Positions 1 to 6,808 of a DNA stretch of 32,000 bases are shown in pieces (positions within the stretch are counted from its first letter, which is position 1; every line of letters starts with the position of its first letter). A program made the translations under genes and the position numbers. A model generated the notes under the pieces. The model saw only the letters and a program-made list of their open reading frames with translations, was not told the DNA's origin and did not search any database. This DNA comes from Demequinaceae bacterium. Lineage in GTDB: Bacteria; Actinomycetota; Actinomycetes; Actinomycetales; Demequinaceae. The stretch covers positions 1,500,001-1,532,000 of the forward strand of contig OZ252279.1 of the NCBI GenBank assembly GCA_965250005.1. The letters are read 5' to 3'.

Positions 1-1
1 C

Positions 2-73
2 AAATGGCCCTCGCGGCCTAAACCCGAACTGTCACCAGTTCCTGCACCAGCCCCGAACGTGCTCCCAAAATAG
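2..73 (+). CDS. IS3 OrfA, C-terminal tail (partial, runs off the left edge)
   Basis: Frame 2 is open from the window edge (KWPSRPKPELSPVPAPAPNVLPK*) and stops at TAG 71-73, immediately after a slippery heptamer. It lies +1 relative to the OrfB frame, as expected for OrfA/OrfB. Too short to recognise by sequence. Confidence 0.4.
   Translation, partial: KWPSRPKPELSPVPAPAPNVLPK
64..70 (+). promoter_or_regulatory. Candidate programmed -1 ribosomal frameshift heptamer C CCA AAA (OrfA to OrfB)
   Basis: In the OrfA frame the codons are ctC CCA AAA tag, which fits the X XXY YYZ pattern and sits directly before the OrfA stop. The -1 frame reads on as ...APKIGFRLVHELSRDGIPVAVACQKLGVSRAGYYEW, the usual HTH start of IS3 OrfB. 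Confidence 0.5.
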
Positions 74-120
74 GTTTCCGGCTCGTCCACGAGCTCAGCC
101 GCGACGGTATCCCCGTCGCG

Positions 121-960
121 GTGGCGTGCCAAAAACTTGGCGTTTCTCGTGCCGGCTACTACGAGTGGTTAGGCAGGGCCCCGTCACGGCGTGCGGTCGC
201 GGATCGGACACTCACGGAGGTGATTTGTCGGATCCATCGTGACTCGCGGGGCACGTATGGTGCGAAACGTATCCACGACGAACTTTCAATCGAGCACGGT
301 GTGGCCTGCAGCCGTAAACGGGTGGCCCGACTGTTGCGTGAAGCGGGCCTGCGAGGCGTGTCACACGGGCGTAAACGGCGTGGATGGGCCCCAGCAGCAA
401 CCACCCATGACGACCTTGTCAAACGCCAGTTCCGAGCCGATCAGCCTGACCGGATCTGGTTTACGGACATCACGCAGCATCGCGCGCGTGATGGTTGGGT
501 TTACTGCTGCGCCGTTGTTGATGCTTTCTCCCGCCGTGTCGTGGGCTGGTCTATTGCTGACCGACCCACCGCCGAACTCGTCACGGACGCCCTGGAAATG
601 GCCCGCTGGCAACGCCGACCCCGGCCCGGAACTATTGTTCACGCCGATCGCGGAGCGCAATACACGAGTTGGATCTTCGGACACCGATTACGTGAAGCGG
701 GGCTCCTGGGTTCCATGGGACGAGTCGCCTCCAGCGTGGACAACGCCCTCATCGAATCATTCTGGTCAACCATGCAACGCGAACTACTCGACCGCCAGTC
801 CTGGGACAGTCGTATCGAACTGGCTGCAGCAATTTTCGAATGGATCGAAGGGTTCTACAACCCCCGCCGACGCCACACCGCCCTGACCGATCACCGCGGA
901 CGCTCCGTCAGCCCCGCCACGTTTGAAGCACTTCACACCCGTGCCCAAATAGCGGCATAA
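121..960 (+). CDS. IS3-family transposase OrfB (rve/DDE integrase core)
   Basis: 279-aa ORF with an N-terminal HTH (VSRAGYYEW) and the DDE triad context WFTDIT / VHADRGAQYTS / NALIESFW, then YNPRRRH near the C-terminus. The same frame is open from nt 22, so the real product is probably an OrfAB fusion rather than starting at GTG 121. Confidence 0.92.
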   Translation: MACQKLGVSRAGYYEWLGRAPSRRAVADRTLTEVICRIHRDSRGTYGAKRIHDELSIEHGVACSRKRVARLLREAGLRGVSHGRKRRGWAPAATTHDDLVKRQFRADQPDRIWFTDITQHRARDGWVYCCAVVDAFSRRVVGWSIADRPTAELVTDALEMARWQRRPRPGTIVHADRGAQYTSWIFGHRLREAGLLGSMGRVASSVDNALIESFWSTMQRELLDRQSWDSRIELAAAIFEWIEGFYNPRRRHTALTDHRGRSVSPATFEALHTRAQIAA

Positions 961-1012
961 TCAACACACACCCCGTGTCCGGAAAAGCGGGGTCGGCTCC
1001 CCCATTGGCGAC

Positions 1013-1384
1013 TTGCTGTTCTTTGTCGCTGACTGGTTAAACGCGGAGGAGCACTACAATGGAGTGGGCGTCGAACCAGGCCTGGCCCTTGAATTGGGGG
1101 GGCGCGAAGCCCTGGTCGGGTTGACGGCTGGTCTTGGAACAGAGGCGGCCTTGTCGCCCGGGGTAGCGTTTGTTTGTGGAGCTAGTGTGGGCGTAGCTTG
1201 CCCGGGCGTCGTCGTCGTGGCAAATCTTATAAGTTGGGGAGTTGAAGAAATCTCGGTCTCCGGCGTACGGTCCGAATTCGACTGTATGTTTGCGAATATT
1301 TGTTCACCAGGATTCTTCAGAGACTTCCCGGATCCAACTCCGTCACCGGGCCCGGATCCTAATTTATACTGGGAAGGTCGCTAG
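1013..1384 (+). CDS. Hypothetical protein; probably the 3' remnant of a gene disrupted by the IS
   Basis: The frame is open back into the IS end (from nt 953), with only a TTG start and no RBS. Gly/Ala-rich hydrophobic stretch, then a Pro-rich tail. Codon usage is visibly richer in A/T-ending codons (tta, aat, ata, agt, aga, ttt) than flanking genes. Confidence 0.3.
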   Translation: MLFFVADWLNAEEHYNGVGVEPGLALELGGREALVGLTAGLGTEAALSPGVAFVCGASVGVACPGVVVVANLISWGVEEISVSGVRSEFDCMFANICSPGFFRDFPDPTPSPGPDPNLYWEGR

Positions 1385-1414
1385 GTCTGGTCATACGCGT
1401 TCAGGGAGGAATCC

Positions 1415-1972
1415 GTGTTTCGGAGAATCGTTTACGCCAGTCTTCTTGTCGCGCTGCTCGGCACGGCTGGATGTGGAACGCTCGCCAATCCCTTTGGGCC
1501 GCGGGAGCCAAAGCCGGTGCTCATCGTTCCGGATGAGACCGGAGGTATGACAATCTCGGTGCCGCTGTGCGTGGGCGATGAAGACTTTTCGGTCGGTGTC
1601 GGGGGATACAACGGCGTCCGCGATCGCGGCGTTGACTACTTGCTTGAAGGTGCCTCCACACGAACCGAGACAATCGTTCTGCGTCTAACCGTCGACACCA
1701 TCCTGGCTGGCGCGCTTACCGATCAGTTGCCGTTGGCTCCATGGGCCGCCGCATACGAAGCAGACTTCAACTCGGTGGCCGATGCTGGGTTGTTCTACGT
1801 ACGCGGCAAACTATTCTACGAGGCGGTCTACATGTCGGACCTGCCGCTCGCTGGCTCAAACCCAGTGATTCTTGGACTTGCACCGGGCACTGCTCTTGAA
1901 CCCGAATTCGAACCTACGACCGCTGAAGCGGGATTGACTGTCATCGAAGATTGGTGCGAGGGTCTGCTGTAG
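1415..1972 (+). CDS. Hypothetical lipoprotein
   Basis: GTG start preceded by gggagga. The N-terminus MFRRIVYASLLVALLGTAGC has a lipobox (L-G-T-A-G-C). No recognisable domain. A/T-ending codons are more frequent than in neighbouring genes. Confidence 0.6.
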   Translation: MFRRIVYASLLVALLGTAGCGTLANPFGPREPKPVLIVPDETGGMTISVPLCVGDEDFSVGVGGYNGVRDRGVDYLLEGASTRTETIVLRLTVDTILAGALTDQLPLAPWAAAYEADFNSVADAGLFYVRGKLFYEAVYMSDLPLAGSNPVILGLAPGTALEPEFEPTTAEAGLTVIEDWCEGLL

Positions 1973-2305
1973 CTTTTGTTGTCACGTTGACCTGACCTAC
2001 GGTTTGGTTACCCGATCAGTTGTGTCGTGCTGGCGTGGATGGTGAACCGTCTACGGTTTCTTGCCGTTCCTATGCGGGTGCCAGCACCGGCGGTGTTGGC
2101 GTCGTGAAGCGCCCCAACGAGATTCTGCGGACAGCGTCAGCGTTTTTTGCTGCGGAACTCGACTGCTCGCCACGCCCGTTTGGGTCCACATGGGTTTCAG
2201 CCGAGGCTCCTCTCAGGTAGACTTTGGCCACTGCTTCGGCGCCGCGTCGCGTCGACCAAGCGCAATGGCGAGCCCGCCGCGCACCCGTAGCTCCCGCGAG
2301 GAATC

Positions 2306-4627
2306 ATGACCGAGAACACCAGCACTCCTGTGTCCGCACCCGCCTTCCCCGGCGGCACCATTCTTGGCTACCCTCGCATCGGCAAGATGCGTGAACTCAA
2401 GAAGGCGCTTGAATCCTTCTGGAAGGGCGCCTCGACAGCGGCCGACCTCGAGTCGGCTGCCGCCGCCCTGCGGTCCGAAACCCGCGAGCGCCTCGCGGCG
2501 CTCGGGTTGGGCCGCACCAACTCGGCCATCCCGTCCAACTTTAGTTTCTACGACCACGTGCTCGACGCGTCAGTCACCTTCGGTGCTATCCCGTCGCGCT
2601 TCGCTGACCTGCGTGGCGCCGACGGATCGGTCGACCTCGCCGGTTACAGCACCATCGCGCGTGGCCAGGGCGACAAGGCCCCCCTCGAAATGACCAAGTG
2701 GTTCGACTCGAACTATCACTACCTGGTTCCCGAGATCGGCCCCGAGACGGACTTCACGCTCTCATCCAGCCGCTGGGTTGACGAGTTCGTGGAGGCCAAG
2801 AAGGCCGGCTTCGTGACCCGCCCGGTCATCACCGGACCGCTTACCTTCCTGCTGCTCGCCAAGGCAAGCGACGGCGCGCCAGAAGGTTTCCAGCCGCTGT
2901 CGCGCCTTGCTGACCTGCTCCCCGTCTACGTCGAGCTGCTTGCGCAGTTCAGGGACGCCGGCGCGGACTGGGTCCAGATCGACGAGCCGGTCCTGGTCGC
3001 GGACAGCGACACCGCCCGCGCCGACGTTCTCGCCGCAGCGAAGCAGACCTACGACGCACTCTCGGGTGCGGCCAACCGCCCGGCGATCTTCGTCGCCGCG
3101 CCGTACAACTCGCTCGACGACGCGCTCCCCGTCCTCGCCGCGAGCTCTATCGAGGCCGTCGGCCTGGACCTCATCCGTGGCTCGGTGCCGTCCGGCGTCG
3201 ACCTGGCCGGAAAGACCGTTGTCGCTGGTGTGGTCGATGGTCACAACATCTGGCGCACTGACCTCGACAAGGCACTCGAGACCGCGTCCGCCGTCGCATC
3301 CCTCGGCGGCACGGTCGCCGTATCGAGTTCCACGTCTCTCTTCCACGTTCCCCACACGTTGCAGGGTGAAGAGCACCTGAGTGCGGAACTGCTCAGCTGG
3401 CTCGCGTTCGCAGACGAGAAGGTTGCGGAAATCGTGACCCTGTCGAAGGCCCGCGTGAGTGGCGAGGCGTCGGTAGCAGGGGCGCTGTCCGAGACACGAG
3501 CCGCGCTCGAGTCCCGCTCCAAGCACCCGGGAACCAACGTGGCATCCGTGCGTGATGCGCTCGCGGCCGTGAAGGACGCGGACTTCAACCGGAGCGAGTT
3601 CGCTGCGCGCGAGTCTGCTCAGGCTGACCGCTTCAAACTCCCGGAGCTCGCGACCACGACCATCGGCTCCTTCCCGCAGACGCAGGAAATCCGCAAAGCA
3701 CGCGCGGCATGGGCCAAGGGAAGCCTGAGCGACGCTGACTATGAGACCGCGATGAAGGCCGAGATCGCTTCCGTTGTGAAGCTCCAGGAGGACCTGGGTC
3801 TGGATGTGCTGGTGCACGGCGAAGCCGAGCGCAACGACATGGTCCAGTACTTTGCCGAGCTGCTCGAGGGCTTCGACGTCACCGTCAACGGCTGGGTGCA
3901 GTCATACGGTTCGCGTTGCACGCGTCCGTCGATCCTGTGGGGAGACGTCCACCGTCCCGAAGCCATGACCGTCAAGTGGGCTCAGTACGCGCAGTCGCTC
4001 AGCGACAAGCCAGTTAAGGGCATGCTTACCGGACCAGTGACAATCCTCGCGTGGTCGTTCGTTCGCGACGACCAGCCGTTGGGCGTCACCGCTAACCAGG
4101 TGGGCCTGGCTCTCCGCGACGAGATCGCTGACCTCGAGGCCGCCGGCATCGGCATCATTCAGGTGGACGAACCCGCCCTGCGCGAGCTGCTGCCCCTGAA
4201 GAACGACGACAAGGCCGCGTACCTCGAGTGGGCTGTGAACTCCTTCCGCTTGGCGACTGCGGGCGCCGTGGACGACACCCAGGTCCACACACACCTGTGC
4301 TACTCGGAGTTCGGCGAGATCATCGACGCGATCGACGGGCTCGACGCCGACGTCACCTCGATCGAAGCTGCGCGCTCGCGCATGGAGGTCCTCCCAGCCA
4401 TCCAGGCGCACGGCTACCAGCGAGGAATCGGTCCGGGCGTGTGGGACATTCACTCGCCGCGCGTGCCGTCCACCAAGGAGGTAACGGAACTGCTCGCGCT
4501 CGCGAAGTCCTCGATCCCCGGCAAGCAACTATGGGTCAACCCTGACTGCGGGCTCAAGACGCGCGGATATGAAGAAACCAACCAGACGCTCAAGAACATG
4601 CTCGAGGCAACTGCGGCTGTTCGGTAG
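2306..4627 (+). CDS. metE: Cobalamin-independent methionine synthase (5-methyltetrahydropteroyltriglutamate-homocysteine S-methyltransferase)
   Basis: 773 aa with the two-domain MetE architecture. N-terminus LGYPRIGKMRELKKALESFWKG; C-terminal catalytic half with IGSFPQTQEIRKAR, VLVHGEAERNDMVQYF, HTHLCYSEF and WVNPDCGLKTR (zinc-ligand contexts). RBS gaggaa lies before the ATG. Confidence 0.97.
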   Translation: MTENTSTPVSAPAFPGGTILGYPRIGKMRELKKALESFWKGASTAADLESAAAALRSETRERLAALGLGRTNSAIPSNFSFYDHVLDASVTFGAIPSRFADLRGADGSVDLAGYSTIARGQGDKAPLEMTKWFDSNYHYLVPEIGPETDFTLSSSRWVDEFVEAKKAGFVTRPVITGPLTFLLLAKASDGAPEGFQPLSRLADLLPVYVELLAQFRDAGADWVQIDEPVLVADSDTARADVLAAAKQTYDALSGAANRPAIFVAAPYNSLDDALPVLAASSIEAVGLDLIRGSVPSGVDLAGKTVVAGVVDGHNIWRTDLDKALETASAVASLGGTVAVSSSTSLFHVPHTLQGEEHLSAELLSWLAFADEKVAEIVTLSKARVSGEASVAGALSETRAALESRSKHPGTNVASVRDALAAVKDADFNRSEFAARESAQADRFKLPELATTTIGSFPQTQEIRKARAAWAKGSLSDADYETAMKAEIASVVKLQEDLGLDVLVHGEAERNDMVQYFAELLEGFDVTVNGWVQSYGSRCTRPSILWGDVHRPEAMTVKWAQYAQSLSDKPVKGMLTGPVTILAWSFVRDDQPLGVTANQVGLALRDEIADLEAAGIGIIQVDEPALRELLPLKNDDKAAYLEWAVNSFRLATAGAVDDTQVHTHLCYSEFGEIIDAIDGLDADVTSIEAARSRMEVLPAIQAHGYQRGIGPGVWDIHSPRVPSTKEVTELLALAKSSIPGKQLWVNPDCGLKTRGYEETNQTLKNMLEATAAVR

Positions 4628-4723
4628 TCGCCGCGGCACGGGGTTGGAGCCCGCGACTCACGGTTATCTAGGCGAACCACTCGAGTTTGCGGAATCGACA
4701 AATACGGGCCGCATCTCTGAGGG

Positions 4724-6037
4724 TCAATCGACGTCCTCTGTGTACGGCAAGGAGCGGATGTAGCGCCATGAGGCGAGAGCAATGAGCATCGCGATCAGGC
4801 CCGCTCCGACCGAAACGGCGAACCCGCCAGCGTACCCGTGGCGCTCAATGAGCACGCCGGTAAGCCAGGCGCTTCCCGCTATGCCTAGGTCGATTCCGGT
4901 GCGCGTCCAAGTCATTGCTTCGGTCACCCTCGCGGTGCCAACGGCTGCGTGTGTCGCTCCGTCCCCCACAGCCATCGTCGGTGCGATGGCCAGCCCCGTC
5001 GCGAACAAGAGTGCACCAAGAACGAGGAGGTTGGGCGCAAAATACACGCCCACGGCCCCGACCGCGGTGAAGGAGAATCCGGCGAGCAGGCGCGAGGCAA
5101 GAGTCACGGTCCATTTGCGTGCGCCGTAGATCACGCCTCCAACGAGCGACCCGAGCGCGAACACGGCCAACACGATCCCGGCGTATTGCTTGTGGCCCAG
5201 ATGCTCCGCGAATGCGACTGTTGACGCGTCGATGCTGACGAACATTGCGCCTGAGGCCCCGAACATTGCGACTAGGAGCAGCAGGCTGGGACGTTCGATG
5301 AGCAGTGGCTTGCCGACTCGCCGCCGAAACCGAAGTCTGGTGGGAACGGAGGCCGAGACCGCAATGGCCGCGCCCGTCGGAGACGAGGCCGCCTCGGTGG
5401 CCACGTCGTTGGGCACGCGTTTGTTGGAACGCGGAGCCGGTTCCGTTGAGCGCTGGGCGATGAACATGTATCCCCCGATGGCGACGGACGCCGCCGCGAC
5501 CGCAGCGGCTGACCACGGCGCGACCTGGACCGCGAGTATTGTCGCAGTGGGGGGCCCGGCAATGAATACGATCTCCTCGAGCGCGGACTCCATGGAAAAC
5601 GCAGTGTTAAGCCGGTCGCGGTCGCGCAACAACTTCACCCAACGCGCGCGTCCGTACGTCGACTGGGTCCCGGCGGCGGCCATGAACGGCACGACGGACC
5701 ACAGCACCCAGAGCGGTTGGTGGGTAAGCGCCGCTGCGATCAACGCCACGCGGCCCGCTACGCTCACCGCGTACCCTACTCGCAGGACCTTGAACTGCCC
5801 GTGGCGATCGACCAGCCGAGCGACGTTGGGGCCGACAATCCCCCAGGCGAGTGCTTGGACGGCAACAACGGCGCCAGCGATTCCATAGTTGTCGTACTCG
5901 ATTTGGATCAAGAGGAAGGTGCCCAACCCTGTCAGACCCATTTGGAGGCGGGCGACTAATCCCCACACGGTGAAGGCCCGTGCGCCTGGGATGTTGAGGA
6001 TGTCCCGATAGGGGGCGAAGAGTGATGGCGTCGTCAT
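4724..6037 (-). CDS. MFS transporter
   Basis: About 12 hydrophobic segments in two halves split by a charged loop (RSTEPAPRSNKRVPND...). I place the start at ATG 6037 (MTTPSLFAPYRD...). The 91-codon upstream extension in the ORF track is Arg/Pro-rich, non-membrane sequence overlapping the divergent gene at 6202. Confidence 0.85.
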   Translation of the reverse strand: MTTPSLFAPYRDILNIPGARAFTVWGLVARLQMGLTGLGTFLLIQIEYDNYGIAGAVVAVQALAWGIVGPNVARLVDRHGQFKVLRVGYAVSVAGRVALIAAALTHQPLWVLWSVVPFMAAAGTQSTYGRARWVKLLRDRDRLNTAFSMESALEEIVFIAGPPTATILAVQVAPWSAAAVAAASVAIGGYMFIAQRSTEPAPRSNKRVPNDVATEAASSPTGAAIAVSASVPTRLRFRRRVGKPLLIERPSLLLLVAMFGASGAMFVSIDASTVAFAEHLGHKQYAGIVLAVFALGSLVGGVIYGARKWTVTLASRLLAGFSFTAVGAVGVYFAPNLLVLGALLFATGLAIAPTMAVGDGATHAAVGTARVTEAMTWTRTGIDLGIAGSAWLTGVLIERHGYAGGFAVSVGAGLIAMLIALASWRYIRSLPYTEDVD

Positions 6038-6201
6038 GGTGCACCTTGCTGAGCTCACGCGCGCAACCGCGCGTCTGTCACACCACCTGCGCGACGTGAC
6101 CGGCGCATCGGCGCGTGGCCGACATCGCCCATTGTGGCACGACGGCCTCGAGTTGTGCGCGTCCGCTGGCGCGATGACTTCCCTGAACGTACGATCACAG
6201 C

Positions 6202-6693
6202 ATGAAGCGACTCGTGGCGACAGTGACATTTGCCTTAGCCCTTTCCGCGTGCTCCGGGGGAGTAGACGCCCAAGACCCGGCAGATTCCGCGGGCGGTGGC
6301 GGCGCCTCAACCACCGAAATCGACTGCGCGCTCCTCTCGGACGCAGACATGGCGACCTACGGCATCGGTATTCAGTTCCTCGCTCAAATCCGTGACCAGG
6401 GCAGCGTTGACCTCATTCAGGCAGGCACCATCAACTACGACCCGGACGCTATCGAGCGAGTTCTCAACACGATGCGCATGTTTGAGGGAATCGACAACGA
6501 GCCCTTTGGCGACCCGGCCGATGGAATCGCGTTCTTTCTTGAGGCGAACGAGATTGTGCGCTCCATCCTTGCGGAGGAGGGCCCCGTCTCGTCCGAGTTG
6601 TTTGATCAACTCGCTGTCTACAACGCCGACATTGCCGAGTTTCTGCAAAACCAGATCTCCATCAACGCGGCGTTCAACGACAACTGCGCGTAG
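6202..6693 (+). CDS. Hypothetical lipoprotein
   Basis: MKRLVATVTFALALSAC has a lipobox (L-A-L-S-A-C), followed by a Gly/Ser/Asp linker and an acidic helical domain. No family recognised. Confidence 0.7.
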   Translation: MKRLVATVTFALALSACSGGVDAQDPADSAGGGGASTTEIDCALLSDADMATYGIGIQFLAQIRDQGSVDLIQAGTINYDPDAIERVLNTMRMFEGIDNEPFGDPADGIAFFLEANEIVRSILAEEGPVSSELFDQLAVYNADIAEFLQNQISINAAFNDNCA

Positions 6694-6808
6694 CCTGACG
6701 CAAACTGGCGGCTTCCCGACTGGCTTGAGTGGGCCGTCGCTGCAACTCGAGAGTCCGATTGTGCGGTTTTTGCTCTACTCGAGGCCCTCGGTGAATGAGT
6801 CCCTGAGG

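Larger units (their letters stand above)
1..1004 (+). mobile_element. IS3-family insertion sequence, 3' portion (left end outside window; right end approximate)
   Basis: Two-frame organisation typical of IS3: an upstream frame ends at TAG 71-73 and the -1 frame continues into a DDE transposase. After the transposase stop (958-960) the sequence ccgtgtccggaaaagcggggtcggctccccCA ends in CA near 1004. Its reverse complement begins TG, matching the IS3 5'-TG...CA-3' convention. The right boundary cannot be confirmed without the left inverted repeat. Confidence 0.8.

Noticed and set aside
2020-2309. 66-aa and 82-aa ORFs in the metE leader, considered as leader peptides or small genes.
   Set aside because: No RBS, low-complexity Arg/Cys/Ser-rich products, and mutual overlap in different frames. 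The region is more likely a non-coding regulatory leader.
2762-3817. Long antisense or out-of-frame ORFs in the track: 2762..3817(-), 3902..4528(-), 7710..8591(+), 11393..12754(+), 18531..19538(-), 20729..21427(-), 22129..23265(+), 25074..25883(-), 26923..28083(-) and many shorter ones.
   Set aside because: Each lies opposite to, or out of frame with, a gene with clear family motifs (metE, DUF11 giant protein, Qor, FAD monooxygenase, APH, hydrogenase subunits). Their products are Arg/Pro/Gly-rich low-complexity strings typical of shadow ORFs in high-GC DNA.
4630-4690. tRNA-like fragment downstream of metE. The reverse strand of ACGGG-GTTGGAG-CCCGC-GAC resembles a T-arm plus acceptor 3' half, and CCACTCGAG resembles a D-arm complement. 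Considered as a tRNA gene or an integrase att-site remnant.
   Set aside because: The would-be T-loop is CTCCAAC rather than TTCRANY. No anticodon stem can be formed, and the acceptor 5' strand pairs for only 4 of 7 positions. It may be chance or a very decayed relic; tRNAscan-SE or ARAGORN would settle it.
6038-6310. 91-codon N-terminal extension of the MFS ORF (ORF track 4724..6310).
   Set aside because: The extension is Arg/Pro/Cys-rich and non-membrane, overlaps the divergent lipoprotein gene start (6202), and is followed by an in-frame ATG (6037) giving a normal MFS N-terminus.
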